Assembly (NCBI GenBank): GCA_040285855.1 | Contig: JAUFOQ010000017.1 | Coordinates: 1,612,001-1,676,000, forward strand | Source: Eukaryota sp. GEM-RC1 | Lineage: Eukaryota | DNA: 64,000 nt | Reading direction: 5' to 3' | Part shown: positions 32,915 to 46,975 of the stretch, in pieces | Numbering within the stretch: position 1 is the stretch's first letter | How the letters are laid out: every line of letters begins with the position of its first letter | Made by a program: the position numbers and the translations under genes | Notes under the pieces: model-generated | Seen by the model: the letters and a program-made list of their open reading frames with translations, nothing else | What the model was told of the DNA's origin: nothing | The model's database searches: none

Positions 32915-33968
32915 TTTATTCCGCACCCAATAAGGTAACCTTCCTACAAACTATGAAATTGTAAAAACAAACAAATAATACTAAGATTAAATCCAAACGA
33001 CTTCATCACCACCCGGTAAAAGATTGCGTTTATCAACATTAACCTTCACACCAAACTTGTACAATTTCTCAATTAATCTAGAGAAATAGAAAGGTATATT
33101 CCGATATATGGAAAACACTATACAGTTTTTCCATTCAGCCATTCTAAACTTACGCTTCTTGTCTTTACACAATTCTTCGAAATCCTAGAAAAATTGATCA
33201 CCAGCAGGACTAATAGATCCAAAAAGAGAAACAGCAAAAGGTTGAAACACAAATTTGGAATATGAGTTTCTATTTAATTCTTCTACTTGAGAGTCATACT
33301 TGGAGTGTTTGAGCTTTTCAGCTGCTGTCAATGGATTAAAAGAAGAATCGAATATCCTACTAACACAAGATTTGTTACATACATCTACTGTAGTAAAATC
33401 CATTAATGATTGACTCGATTTAAGCCACGGAGTATGTAGATCCCCTCTATTTTGATCAGTAAATTCATTTTCTGAAAGGTGATTCAAAACTGGTTCAACT
33501 TTAGAGTGAAAACCATGTGCTTTAAACATAGAATAACAAGAATCACGTACACCATCATGAATTACTGCACGTAGATGAATAACATAACGACAATTAATTA
33601 AATGACGAAAAACACCATTAGCTCCACAAGAGCACGTTGAATAGTTTAATAAATTTGCAGGTCAAATAGCCAAACGAAGACGCATATTGATCATCCAAGC
33701 TTCATCAGATAGATGTTTTCCATACACCTTTGGAATTTGAGAAATAAATCCAGAAGGTCCACTATTACAAAGATCGATCAAAAAAGCAGCGAACTCGGGA
33801 CTATTAGTTTTAGCCAAGCTAATACGATTGATAAAGTCCAAGAGTTGAAACTCCTTTGTCAATTTATTTTGCAGCTTACATACAGCAGATGGTAGAGATG
33901 AAATATTTTTTAAAGGAGTCTCCTTCAAATGAGCAGGGAACAAGGATTCCCACATTTCAGGAGACAAA
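32915..33968 (-). mobile_element. 5'-truncated CRE-like non-LTR retrotransposon (RLE domain)
   Basis: CSC..HLINC Zn motif, HDGVRD, KVEP, RGDL, MDFT, AAEKLKHSKY, FQPFAVSLFG; near-identical to 62018-63068. Confidence 0.9.
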
Positions 33969-34481
33969 TGGGTTCGCAATGGGTTTGACTTGGGATCTTC
34001 TTCCTTCACTTGTTCAATTCCTTCTCGTCCTAAACATGGCTACAACACCATGATCTCGTCAACTCTTGTCTTTATGAGTTCAAAAACAGCTCAAAAGAGT
34101 AGTAGCCGGTTCTCGAGACGCCTATACAATATCCATATTCAAATTTTTCCATATTCATTTTCACCTTATGAAACTCCGCTATGACTTCCCCTGTACCGTT
34201 CAAAAACGGTGAACATGCTCTTCTATATACAAATATATCGAAACCATGGTTTGTGATCAATAAACAAATTGTGGTTCAAATAAGTTAATTTATTGCAGTA
34301 TTGTTTTCACACCCCTGCTTTTGCGACATTTTTCTAAAGTCCAATTATTTATATTCTGTTGTACTGTATGTATTTGTTAATGAAGTGGCGGTATCCAAGC
34401 ATCTTTCTGAACATGTAGATATTTTGATACAAACAAACACATCTAGAACAGATGTTTATTCACCAATTCGTAAAAGTTCAT

Positions 34482-35516
34482 TTACATTGCATTAAGAGAA
34501 ACAGACGGAGTAAAGCCCAACTCCTCCAATGTCTTTGAATCTTCGACAACCTCTCTTCTAGGCATCATATTCATCAACTTTATCCTGTTATTACCAGTTT
34601 CTCTATGAGCCCAATGTCTCACAGTAGATAAGGGATCACTTGCTTTAAACTCAGCTCTAAAAGCTTTGCCTGCATATCTTATCTGTACTCTACAAGTGTC
34701 TGTTACCATTGGTGCTGGTGGTGGTGTTGCCTGTGTGGGTGTTGTGTGTTCTAGCGGTGTAGTGGTGTGTTCCTTCTTTCTCATTTCCTGGTCCATTTTG
34801 ACCTTATCTTTCATTTCCTTGAGATAACGCCTCCTCTCCTCTCTTTCCTTTCTTGCTTCATCTAAGTCCTTCTTCCTTTCTTGGTCTTTGATTTGGCGCC
34901 GTAGTTGAGCGTAACTTTTAGCTTCATTAATGCGATTCTTTTCAGCAAATAGTTGTTCCTCTTTTTCTTTCTGTCTTTTCAATTCAGATACTTGTTTCAT
35001 TTTCTCTAGTGTTGCTTGGCGTCTCTTTTCGAAACTATCTTCATCCTCTTCCATCGGCTGTTCACCTTCTTCTTTCGGCTGTTCTTCCATCTTCTCTTCA
35101 GTATTTTCTTCTTGTTTTTGAAAAGGAGTAGTAGAAACTTCACCTAAACCTTCAATAAAGCCACTTTTAAGAGCATGATCTATACTACTCGGGTACGAGT
35201 ATGATTGTTGTTGTTGAGGTGACGTGATAATAGGTTCTTCAACGGGTGGCTGTGATTGTGACCAAATGTGTTCTAGGGCAGCGTCAACTGATTGATTCTT
35301 TGTTGCAGTGAGTGCAGTAATTGCTTGAGCTTGTGGTATACCAATCTCTTCAGTCAGGATCTTGAGAAGGGCTGGATCAGGGAGGCAAGTGTTGGAAGGG
35401 GAAGGATCGATAGGGGAAGAAGAAGCAGATACAGGACCGTGTTGTTGTTCATAGCGGTGACGTATAGCAGATGCAGCATCCTTTAAAGTGTCACTTGAAG
35501 AGGGTTTGAAAGACAT
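34482..35516 (-). CDS. UBA-coiled coil-UBX protein (UBXN1/SAKS1-like p97 adaptor)
   Basis: UBA-like EIGIPQAQAITALTATKNQSVDAALEHI; charged coiled coil; UBX CRVQIR...FKASDPL...MPRR...TLEELGFTPSVSL. Confidence 0.88.
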   Translation of the reverse strand: MSFKPSSSDTLKDAASAIRHRYEQQHGPVSASSSPIDPSPSNTCLPDPALLKILTEEIGIPQAQAITALTATKNQSVDAALEHIWSQSQPPVEEPIITSPQQQQSYSYPSSIDHALKSGFIEGLGEVSTTPFQKQEENTEEKMEEQPKEEGEQPMEEDEDSFEKRRQATLEKMKQVSELKRQKEKEEQLFAEKNRINEAKSYAQLRRQIKDQERKKDLDEARKEREERRRYLKEMKDKVKMDQEMRKKEHTTTPLEHTTPTQATPPPAPMVTDTCRVQIRYAGKAFRAEFKASDPLSTVRHWAHRETGNNRIKLMNMMPRREVVEDSKTLEELGFTPSVSLNAM

Positions 35517-37333
35517 AAACAGAATGGGACGATTACAAAATTGCCCAGATTTCTTCCTTCATCTTACAAAATTGCCCAGATTCATTCTCTATATAAAACA
35601 TATAACTCATTTCTTCTACTTCTCCCTACATTCTCTCTCATCTAAACGTATATCTTCTCTTTCGGAGAGTTAGTTGACCTTCGTCATTTGAAACACTGTC
35701 ATCACCACCATTCAGATTTCCTGATGCATCAGCCACTTCTGTCTGAGTCTTTAATTCTCTTTCTGGTGAACGTTCTTTTGCGTTTTACCTCAAAGTCGTT
35801 GTGCCTGCCGTTGTCACTCAATCGATTCTTATTTTCTTTATTTAGACGATTCTTCTAGCTCTGCTTCCGATGACCATCATCTCTTTTCTTAATCCTTTAT
35901 TCTTAGGTACTGTCGGAGATACCATGAGATGTAACCATTACCATTTATTGTAGATCACTGTATTGAATCATAAACCCGTTCTTTTTTATAGAAGTAGTAA
36001 GCAGCATTCCAGATGTAGTTTCAGTACGCAGTATTGATCGAGGACTTTCCCAAGTCCACAGTTAGAGTCATGTAACAGAGCTGAGTTGCCAGATAAGAGC
36101 AATTATAGTAATAACACCGTAGCAAGATTGGGCAGCGAACTGGTTTACATGGGGAGAGTGGACATCAGTTGTTCTGCTTCGTGTAAGTACGTGGAGGAGC
36201 AGTTCGACGCTCCAGGCTCTATCGAATGAATAACCAAGGATCCAATGCATCTATTGAGTATACAGGATCAGGAATTGTACATGTAACTTCTCAATGTATA
36301 TTCTATGTTGTTGTAACCTTGAAAGAGCAGTCAATGGACTTACAAGCAGCAAGGAATCGTTTAGGCTGAGATTTAACATACTTCATCTCTATACAATCAG
36401 CAATAGTAACAATCAAGACGTCATTGTAGAAGGAGTTTATTCAGATCATGCAGTTCTACAGCTCAGTGTCATTGGTAAACCACAGTTGGATGATCTAAGG
36501 TAGTAATGTAGGGGAGGTGAATCTGGGCATTTCTGTAATTTTCTCTAAACAGAATTTGGTTTTTGACCAAATGACACTTTGCATTTGAACTATGCAACTT
36601 GTTTATAGTCTTGCAGTATCTAATGTATTGTTGCCTAGATCTAATTCTGAAGACATACCACCACTTAAGTACTACGATACTTGTAGATCGAACAATTGGA
36701 TTTGAGTTTATATGTTAGTCGTTGCTTCTACGTCGGTCTATAACATCTATAAGAAGAAAGGGAAACAACAAATAACAAACAACTACAGATCGTAAAAACG
36801 GTTCTTCACATTTTACATCACAACTGTTTTACTTCAACACGCCGTATTTTTAGCCTTCTACATTTTTAGTATTAACATCATATGCGGGTCTTGTTCCACG
36901 AATTGGTTTCACTGATATCTAAAACTGTTGTTTTAGTGGATTCAGGGTCTAGTGAAAAATACTTGTATTCAAATATTTGAAAAAAATGTAGTTGAAATAT
37001 TTATTTTCCCCACATTGCAGTAGTCCCCCATATTTATTTTCCTAAGTGGAAAATAAACAAATATTTATATACGTGTTTCATGGCTACTTTCCGGGTTGTA
37101 ATACTTACACTGCTGAAGTTTCCAGCATCCTTCACTCAATCTCTTTTGAGACAGGTGTTGAAAGGTAGAGAAAATGAGTTAACCGCGGATGAACGACTGT
37201 CTTTAGTTAGCTTAAAGCCCTGTTATCCTCAATTGAGCCAAGTGAACCTTCATTACAACCGGTTCTTGTGGAGCTCCCAAATCGTTAGGGCTGTAATGAG
37301 GAAGAGCAACCCTTGTGAAAGTTAAAGCTGTTC

Positions 37334-38054
37334 TTTATTTGGTACCCAATAAGGTAACCTTCCTACAAAACTATGAAATTGTAAAACACACAAATACTAG
37401 TAATACTATGATTAAATCCACATGGCTTCATCACCACCCGGTACAAGATTACGTTTTTCAACATTAAACTTCACACCAAACTTGTACAATTTCTCAATTA
37501 ATCGAGAGAAATAGAAATGCATATTCCGATATATGGAAAACACTATACGGTTTTTCCATTCAGCCATTCTAAACTTACGCTTCTTTTCTTTACACAATTC
37601 TTCGAAATCCTGGAAAAAATTGATTACCAGCAGGACTAATAGATCCAAAAAGAGAAACAGCAAAAGGTTGAAACACAAATTTGGAATATGAGTTTCTATT
37701 TAATTCTTCAATTTGAGAGTCATATTTAGAGTGTTTGAGCTTTTCAGCTGCTGTTAATGGATTAAAAGAAGAATCTAATATCCTACTAACACAAGATTTG
37801 TTACATACATCTACTGTAGTAAAATCCATTAATGATTGACTCGATTTAAGCCACGGAGTATGTAGATCCTCTCTTTTCGATCAGAAAATTCATTTTCTGA
37901 AAGATGATTCAAAACTGGTTCATCTTCAGAGTGCAAATCATATGCTTTAAACATAGGATAACAAGAATCACGTACACCATCATGAATTACTGCACGTAGA
38001 TGAATAAAATATCGACAATTAATTAAATGACGAAAAACACCATTAGCTCCACAA
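37334..38054 (-). mobile_element. 5'-truncated CRE-like retrotransposon copy
   Basis: Collinear with 32915-33630, including the 3' end TTTATT(T)GGTACCCAATAAGGTAACC. Confidence 0.9.
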
Positions 38055-38281
38055 AGTACCGAATAAAGCTTGTCTCTAAAACTGTACTGTTGACCAAGAA
38101 TTTTCGGTGTCGAGTGATTCATAGCTTTTATTATGATATGTATTTTTGTACCTTAACTGTTGATGTTTAATTTATATCTTTGTTTCCAGACACTGGAGTG
38201 AAACACATGGTAAAATCCAAATTGACAAAGAATGATGAATCCCGACAAGAGTTGATAAAGTAATTGGTGTTGCAAATCAAG

Positions 38282-38352
38282 GCGTTCGTGGTTTAGTGGT
38301 AGAATACGACGTTGCCATCGTTGTGACCCGGGTTCGATTCCCGGCGGATGCA
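38282..38352 (+). tRNA. tRNA-Gly (anticodon GCC)
   Basis: Acceptor GCGTTCG/CGGATGC; anticodon arm CGACG-TTGCCAT-CGTTG; T-arm CCGGG-TTCGATT-CCCGG. Confidence 0.95.
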
Positions 38353-38399
38353 TTTATGTGTCATTCTTCTTGATCACTGTTCATCCATCTTCATCGATG

Positions 38400-38988
38400 G
38401 ATGACTTTGTAGATTACTTGACAAATTAGTTCAACGATTAATACAGTTCTTTATTTATGGTATGATATAAACACTAGAACCAAATCGAATTTAGCAGTGG
38501 TTGAAGGTCTGTGCACTTACTCCAAGACTTGTTACAAAGAAGGGCTTCAACAATGTCTTCCTTCAAGGATGTTCTGGCACCACTCTAAAATGTCGGTCTT
38601 CGGATCAATCAAATCATCTATAGATAGATACTTATCTAACTTATTTATTGTAACATCTACATTGATTTCCTGGCTTGCAGGGTTATGCAGTGCGTGACTT
38701 GTTCTTCTCTTTATGTTATCAAGTCTAGTTGACAACCTTGTAGGTGATTCTATGGTACCAATTCTACTATGATACGCAACGAATCTATGAAAGTACGATA
38801 ATAAAGATAGTCTTAAAAACATACAATACAATGTCAGTGAAAATTGGTAAACAATTTTAGGAGTGGATATCCATGGATGATGTTTGGAATCCACCATCCA
38901 CGTGGATCTCAAGTTTTTCATCCATTATGGATGGACGGTGGCTGGATAGTGGATGTGGTGGATGGATTTTCATCCATTAACAGCCCTA
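38400..38988 (-). mobile_element. hAT remnant with one intact end
   Basis: End CCATTAACAGCCCTA has the same TIR as the 29838 element; TGGATG/CATCCA subterminal repeats; LDKYL...DILEW dimerisation-domain remnant; other end not found. Confidence 0.65.
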
Positions 38989-39407
38989 ATTTTCATGACA
39001 TGTCCTAAATTTGGGGTAGGCTTTGTACTGATTTTGTGCTCTTAAAATAACCGCTAACTCATAATCTGTTTATAAACGAAATGTAATGCACTACACGTAC
39101 TCAGTTTGATTCATGTATCATTTAAACAACACCAACCACTCTCAAACTAATTAAAGTTTTCAATGAATTTTTTTGGTTGAGTAGGTTAACGTTTGCGTTG
39201 TTTCGTTCAATGCACAGATATTTTAATTCAATTTTAGGTAAGTTGTTCGGTGATGGACAGAAGGATCATAGTTTAGATACTTTAGTTAGTGTCTGTTAGT
39301 TATTATCTTCTGCAAATGCATTTATTTCACTGACTGATCATAAACCCCGTTTTTTTAACTAATTAATTTAGAACACTTGTGAAACGAAAAGGAAAATGCA
39401 AAAAAAC

Positions 39408-41001
39408 CAGTGTTATCAGAAATGCGTCAAATGCGCCAAATACGCGCATTTGGCGCATTTTGACGCATTTTGACGCCTTTTACGCATTTGGGATTTTGTG
39501 ATCTTGCGCATTTTGACTTTGAGATTTTTTTTGAATTTTTTTTGTTGCGCTTCTGTATAAGTCTCTATATACAATAACAGTGATGATGTTCTCAAAACAG
39601 TGTTTTGTAGTACTTCTTTCGTTGGACAAATGTAAAGTTGTATCGTATACAAATCAATGAACATTCTTTTGATATCACAATGTAAATTGGTTCAAAATCT
39701 GTGAAGTTAGTGGGATTCAACCAAAACTTTTGATCAAAACTCTGCTTTACCCGTATTTACGAACAAATGCAAATCGATCCAAAGCCATAAACGGTTAATA
39801 TTGTATACAATACTGAATGAAATATGGTTTAAAGACCATTTATTAAGACACCAACGTCCACTATATACTTATATTATAATACTTATATTTGTCCTTAAAG
39901 TTGAAACACATTTTCTGTATAGAGTATGTGATCAACAGTAACAGTTGTTTAATGAGATTGGTCAATGAGAAGAGAATGTGTGTTTTCGAGCTCTCAACTC
40001 AGCTCAAAGACTTTCAACGAGTTCTGAACACAGTTTTGAACAAGAAAACATTACGTCGTTCCCGGTACAAAGTGTTGTTTCAAACGATTAGTTCCAGTGA
40101 CGGACTGGTGGACACTATGATGACAATGAACTGTAGCTTCTGATACAACAGAACCTTTGGAAGGAGGTTGGTATACAATTGTAGCGTGATGCCAAATGAT
40201 GATGTGGGATTTTGATACATCTCGAAACGAATATGGAATATAGAGAATTACGAGTACATGTATCACTAGCAGTATGACGAAAGAGATTTTTATTTATGCG
40301 GTGTCTCAAGCAATGTGCGCAAATCTTTGGTACGTACCGATTTATTTTATCCGTACCGATGTCATTTGATTTTATTAAAAGCCTATTTATGAATGATCGA
40401 AACGGATTTACAAATACTATTATTTGAGTGGAGGTTCATTCACTAGGGAAACACAATACTAGTGCAAATTGCTACCGCATCTTCTGATCGTTTAGAACCA
40501 ATCTGTGGGTTTTTGGGCCCTTTAACATTGTATATATTCCGTCGTAGTCACTCGTTAAATGCATTGCGATTCGAAGACGCTACTACTGTTGGTGATTTCT
40601 AGCGATTGCTGCACTTCGTACGTAAAAATGTCATTTTGGGGAAGTTGTGGTCAGCAAATGACGTACCCTAAATTTGAATAAGTGTGACAATCACGATTTT
40701 GATATCCTGAGCAATGTTTAACGGTAGAATTTATGACGATGGTAACTGTTAAAATCTCACATTGGATCAGCATGTTCAAAATAGTAATAATATCTTTTAG
40801 TCGGTCAAAAGAACAGTACCGGTACTTGTACCGTACGTACGTACGGTACGGTACGGTACGGTACGCCTAAAATCGATGCGGTACGGAACATTTGCGTTCC
40901 ATGGCCTCAAGTTCGAAATCAAAATGTACACGTAAAATGCGCGCATTTGGCGCATTTTGACGCATTTCATTTCTGGAAAAAGTGCGCATTTGACAACAAT
41001 G
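39408..41001. mobile_element. Non-autonomous hAT-like element containing a nested MITE
   Basis: Ends CAGTGTTATCA / TGACAACAATG; shared subterminal GCGCATTTGGCGCATTTTGACGCATTT; flanks AAAAAAAC / AAAAAACC. Confidence 0.7.
40311..40903. mobile_element. Nested MITE with CGGTA/TACCG subterminal repeats
   Basis: Imperfect TIRs CAATGTGCGCAAAT / ATTTGCGTTCCATG; TSD GTCTCAAG / GCCTCAAG. Confidence 0.6.
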
Positions 41002-41044
41002 AAAAAACCCAGCCAGAACTAATTCTTAACTAGATATCCTGCCA

Positions 41045-41773
41045 ATGCACACTTCTCCTGATGTCTTTGTTGATCTTCCAACATCTAAACAGCCCTCTGA
41101 TGATACTGTGGAACAAATAGACACGGACGATCTTCTCTCCCAAATTACTGGTAGTTCACTCCGAGCAACAGTTGCAAGACAGGTCTTCTCCTCACAAGTT
41201 TCTGGTTTTAAATCAGTCGCTTCCATTGACAAAATGAAGCCTCATTTCGATGTAGAACCCCCTACTATCCTAAATAGACTTCTGGGATCATTTACTCTCT
41301 ATCAGAAGGGACAATCGATTAAGGACACCCCTGATCTATATGGTCCGTTAATGGCCGTTATCACCCTTGTTGCACTACTTCACATCCGCTTCCAACAACA
41401 CTCAACTTCCTTCGCTGCTGGAGTCACTAAAATAGGCAGGGCTTTAGGATTATCCGCTGGCTTTTGGATAATGTTCTCTCTTGGAATCTGGTTTGCATTG
41501 TTTTTGTTTGGCACCAACATGTCGTTTGTTTTCTTGTTCTCGATTTCAGGTTACTCAATGGTTTCCTTCTCTGTTCTTGTTCTACTGCGTTTAATATTTG
41601 GTTCGGCAGTATTGAAACTAACTCTTGTGGTTGTTTTAGCAGCAGGTGTTAGTATGGGAAGGATTTGCTACGATTCATGCCTAGGGAAATCTAAATCTAC
41701 ACTCATAACGTGTATTTCTATAGTTGCAGTACATTTTGTTTTTGGTTTGATTCTATTGTACCATTTTCTATAA
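41045..41773 (+). CDS. Yip1-domain membrane protein (YIPF family)
   Basis: MKPHFDVEP..ILNRL, PDLYGPLM, five hydrophobic segments, SISGYSM. Confidence 0.88.
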   Translation: MHTSPDVFVDLPTSKQPSDDTVEQIDTDDLLSQITGSSLRATVARQVFSSQVSGFKSVASIDKMKPHFDVEPPTILNRLLGSFTLYQKGQSIKDTPDLYGPLMAVITLVALLHIRFQQHSTSFAAGVTKIGRALGLSAGFWIMFSLGIWFALFLFGTNMSFVFLFSISGYSMVSFSVLVLLRLIFGSAVLKLTLVVVLAAGVSMGRICYDSCLGKSKSTLITCISIVAVHFVFGLILLYHFL

Positions 41774-42019
41774 ACCAATTTCTTCTGTTATTTCAATACA
41801 AATGTCTCAACAGTAAATTTTGTAAGTGACTGAAGCTCATTATATATATTTGAAACTTTCTTGAATTCCAAATTGTCCCCAAATGTCAAACTCTTGTTGA
41901 ACATTGTTTGAATGGTGTTGTTCTACTCACTCACTGCTTACGTAAACACTCTCGGCAGATATCTGCATGATACTGGAAATACCTACCAACCATGAAGATA
42001 TCAACTATTTAACACCCAA

Positions 42020-42817
42020 TTGTCGGTATTAATGTCATCGATCGAAGCTCCCCATCCTTTTACTGACACTCCCTTATCCAACGACACTTTCTGTTCATTC
42101 TGCCTTGAAGATAACCTTTGTGAGAAGAAATGGGCAAACTTAGGTTGTGGACATAGCTTCCACCAAGACTGTTTAATGCAGTGGTGTCACTACAACAAGG
42201 ACACGTGTCCATTGTGTTTGTCATCATTTCAAATTAAACAGGTTTTTCCAAATTCACTTGTTTTCAAAGTTTTCAACGTCGGTGTGTTCTCTAATTCCCT
42301 TTAATTGTAGCGCTTGCATGTCAAGCATCTCCTTCAGTATGTTATGTTCTCTTATTAATCCTATGGTATGCATCTCCGAACTTTTGGTTGGTTTAATGTT
42401 CAATTAAGAGTGAATTGTCCTTCAAAACATGTAAAAATCAAAGAAGTTTCCTATTTCTTTCATCCTGCATTCTCCATGTCTGTTATCCGTCTAAAGAGAC
42501 CCCCCTTTGACTTAGTTGTCAAGTTATGCAGTGATGTTCCAGTTGTTATCTCAATTCGTTACAAGTACAGGGGGGTTGAAGGTCAGTTTAATCTGATCCA
42601 TAAGATGTTAAAAGAGCCTAGCATTAGAACGTATCTAAGTGGAGATTATGGATATTCTGGTGATGAGAAGCAAAAGAGGATTGACAAACCAGAAACCTAT
42701 TTTGACAACCTTTTAGAGCTTTACCAAAGACCAGCAGATTATTATTCGAGAGCATTTGCTGAACAGCAAAGTTTGTCATGGAGAAAGCGTTTGAAGTCAT
42801 ATTTTGTTCGTTCTTAG
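42020..42817 (+). CDS. RING-H2 plus YEATS-like domain protein (multi-exon; start uncertain)
   Basis: CSFC...CGHSFHQDC..W.....CPLC; IKEVSYFFHPAF...LKRPPFDL; probable short introns between 42242 and about 42365. Confidence 0.6.
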
Positions 42818-42919
42818 TGATAAAAGTGTATTTAAACAGTTCAAAAGTTGAAAACTGTCTATCTACAGTGAATCTTGAAGATGTCACAATTACACAGTTT
42901 CACAAGTAAATAACATCTA

Positions 42920-43894
42920 ATGAAGACTATTGTTGTGTTTGGTGCAACGGGAAACCAAGGAACTGCGGTTGTTCAAACCCTACTTTCTAACGAGACTGAA
43001 GAACAAGTCAAAGTTAGAGCCTTCTGTAGAAACCAATCTGGCCACGGATTTGTACATCTTGAATCAATTGTGGACAAACCACAGTCACTGGAATGTATTC
43101 AAGGTGATGTTTTGAAGAGTCAAAATACCACTGTTGCTCTTCAAAATGCTGATTGTGTAGTGCTTATACTACAACCTTCAGCTTTTTCTGACGATCTAGA
43201 TGACGCTTCCCGTACAGAAACAGAAGTAGGGCAACGAATTGTTCGAGAAGCACTTTCTGCTGGTGTAAAAGACTTCGTGTATTCATCTGTATGTTGTGCT
43301 GGGTGTGATTCATCAGTTCCACACTTCTGGTCAAAGAAACTCATTGAGGACGAGATTGAGAAGAACCGAACACTCTTCCGATCTGCCCAAATTGTACGCC
43401 CCACATGGTTCTTTGAAAACTTTGATATCATTCCACCCGTAAGAGATAGGATACAGCGGGAAAAAGTGTTTGCATTGCCATTACCAAAAAATGTTTCCTT
43501 GCCGGCAGTTTCATCTGAGGATGTTGGTGCTTGTCTGGCTAAATGTGCTCTTGCTCCACGTCTCCTAGAGCATCACAATAACATCATTGAACTTTGTGCT
43601 GAATTGATCTCTCCAGAAGAAATGGCCAATCAATGTGGATTTTCCTATGAACAATGCGATCCTTCTGTGTTCCCAATTGGTTACCAAAACATGTTCAAGC
43701 TCTATGAAGAACAGAGGGTCCATCCATCCATCATTGACACTTTGAAACTGTTGCCAAATAGTATGGAGTTCAAGAAATTTGCTCAATTACAGTACCCTGC
43801 AAGAGACCTAAAAACAATGGAACATGCAGAACAAAGGTATGTATCTGCTGCTGGTCTATCTGCTTTATCAGAAGAACCTGGAGCTAACGTTTAG
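42920..43894 (+). CDS. NmrA-like NAD(P)-binding protein
   Basis: IVVFGATGNQG, FVYSS, VPHFWSK, VRPTWFFENF. Confidence 0.9.
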   Translation: MKTIVVFGATGNQGTAVVQTLLSNETEEQVKVRAFCRNQSGHGFVHLESIVDKPQSLECIQGDVLKSQNTTVALQNADCVVLILQPSAFSDDLDDASRTETEVGQRIVREALSAGVKDFVYSSVCCAGCDSSVPHFWSKKLIEDEIEKNRTLFRSAQIVRPTWFFENFDIIPPVRDRIQREKVFALPLPKNVSLPAVSSEDVGACLAKCALAPRLLEHHNNIIELCAELISPEEMANQCGFSYEQCDPSVFPIGYQNMFKLYEEQRVHPSIIDTLKLLPNSMEFKKFAQLQYPARDLKTMEHAEQRYVSAAGLSALSEEPGANV

Positions 43895-44009
43895 GTCAGC
43901 TTAAATCATCTAGCTGTGTAAACGTTACTATTACATCATCAAAGGAACGAAACCAAATCAATAAACGAGTTGTAAATAAAAAGACAAAGTAATCATACAC
44001 TACTATAAT

Positions 44010-44691
44010 CATACCTGGAAAATACACTTTTCGGTATTTCTGTATTTCTTGTATTTGTGTATTTGTATTTTTTATTTTTCAGTATTAAAATACCGTATTT
44101 TTTTTACGAATAAGTTTCTGAACTTACTTACCTGAAAAAGTACATATTTTGGATGTCTATTATGTCCAATTATTTTTCATGGGATTTGATGAAGTACCTA
44201 AAAACATGATATCAATCAAGACACAAAACGAAGTAGTTGTAATAGGTTATCAGCAACAAAACAGAAAACAATTTTAATTGACAACAACACTACATTGTAC
44301 ATAACCAAAATAGAAGAATGACGAACAAAGTAGTCTACTAGGAAAAGGTCGAGGAATAATTGGAGGAAGATTTGCTCCTTGGTGGTGTTTCTCCAAAAGC
44401 AGAACACAAAATAGCCGCAAACCAACAAAAAGAGAAGCAGAAATGAGTCTGACTAGGAGTGAGAGACAATTGATCAGTCTCTATTTACTCAAGGAATTAT
44501 AATATTAATAGAAACGAATCCAAATACATGTACATGTAGTCGATCATCTAACATCATTGTTGTCTTTGTCCACTATTAAAATCACAGATAATACAACATC
44601 ATTGCCTTTGTATTTTTGTATTTTACTGTGTATCTGTATTTTTGTATTTTTGTATCTGTATTTTTTTCAACCCTTGTATTTTCCAGGTATG
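44010..44691. mobile_element. hAT-type MITE
   Basis: Perfect 16-bp TIRs CATACCTGGAAAATAC / GTATTTTCCAGGTATG; TSD ACTATAAT / ATTATAAT; GTATTT subterminal repeats. Confidence 0.85.
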
Positions 44692-44767
44692 ATTATAATG
44701 AAAAAATGTCCTAAAATGGTGACGAAACCAACTTTATCGCCAACTCAATTTACAATCAATGCTATTC

Positions 44768-45563
44768 TCACTCCATGGGCACTTCTGTCTCCATTCTATC
44801 AAACTAGAGTTAATCAAAAGGATATGAACACATACAAAGACTTGAACTTCTTCTTCTGTAAGCTCGTTGAAGTTTTCAGTTCTTGACACGACACATATGC
44901 ACGTACAAGCAGCATCAAAAGGCTCCTCGGAAGGTACTGTCTTTTCAGAGCTTTAATAGCATGAGTAATAAGATCTTCTCTTGAACAATCTCCAAACTCA
45001 CCTGAATTCTCTTCAAGATAGGTCTTTGCAGATTGACTTCTGGCACCCATGGCTTGAGCTATGTACTCAAAATAGTTACCAGAAGGGCATGTTTGGTAAA
45101 GACGGGGTCCTGAACTATCAACTCCGGCTATAAGCAGACCAACACCATAGGGACGATGACCAGCGAACATCGTGTGTGTTTGAGATTCTGGGAAAAGAGG
45201 AGGTTATAGCAGAAACATACTGTCGGAAAGAGCTGTTACCAGGCGATGAATGGGCATTTTAGATTCGTATACAAAGTCATGGTTGAGACACTCGTTCCGC
45301 AAATAACGTGAGAGAATACGGGCATCGGCAGTAAGTCCGGACACGACCGATCCACAATGATCGCCGTATTTGTATGCCTTTTTTTGGTATGAAGATAAAG
45401 AACCAACAGATCGTCGAAGAGCACCAAGAACAACGTGTGTATTTGATCGAAGCCCTAGAGCAACACTGCCTTGCTTGACACTTTCCATGGCGTATTCAAC
45501 CTGGAAGAGTCGACCATCTGGAGAGAAAGTAGCTACATCATTATCGTATTGACGTCGAAACAT
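44768..45563 (-). CDS. PSMA1: 20S proteasome subunit alpha type-1 (alpha6/Pre5); two short introns and one frameshift
   Basis: [57 protein letters not shown]; introns starting GTATGT at about 45219 and 44836. Confidence 0.93.
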
Positions 45564-45568
45564 GATGA

Positions 45569-46740
<1,172 letters not shown>

Positions 46741-46975
46741 TTTGATTGGTGATCCCATTTTTACCATTGAAATGAGCTTTTCTCAACTATTTCACTCTGT
46801 GTTGGATGTTGGAGCAGATATCTCCTGGGTGTTGAGATCTTTTTGCCGATGAATCTTTTTTTGATTGATGACAGTGACTGATTGAGTTATCATTGGTTTC
46901 TCTCTGGTTTATTTATTCTGTGGTCGTGTTTAATTGATCATATGTATTAGGAAAACAATTCATGTACAAACTTGT

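Noticed and set aside
38153..38353. 66-aa ORF MHPPGIEPGS...
   Set aside because: Antisense translation of tRNA-Gly; ORF 9252..9539 likewise overlaps tRNA-Ser.
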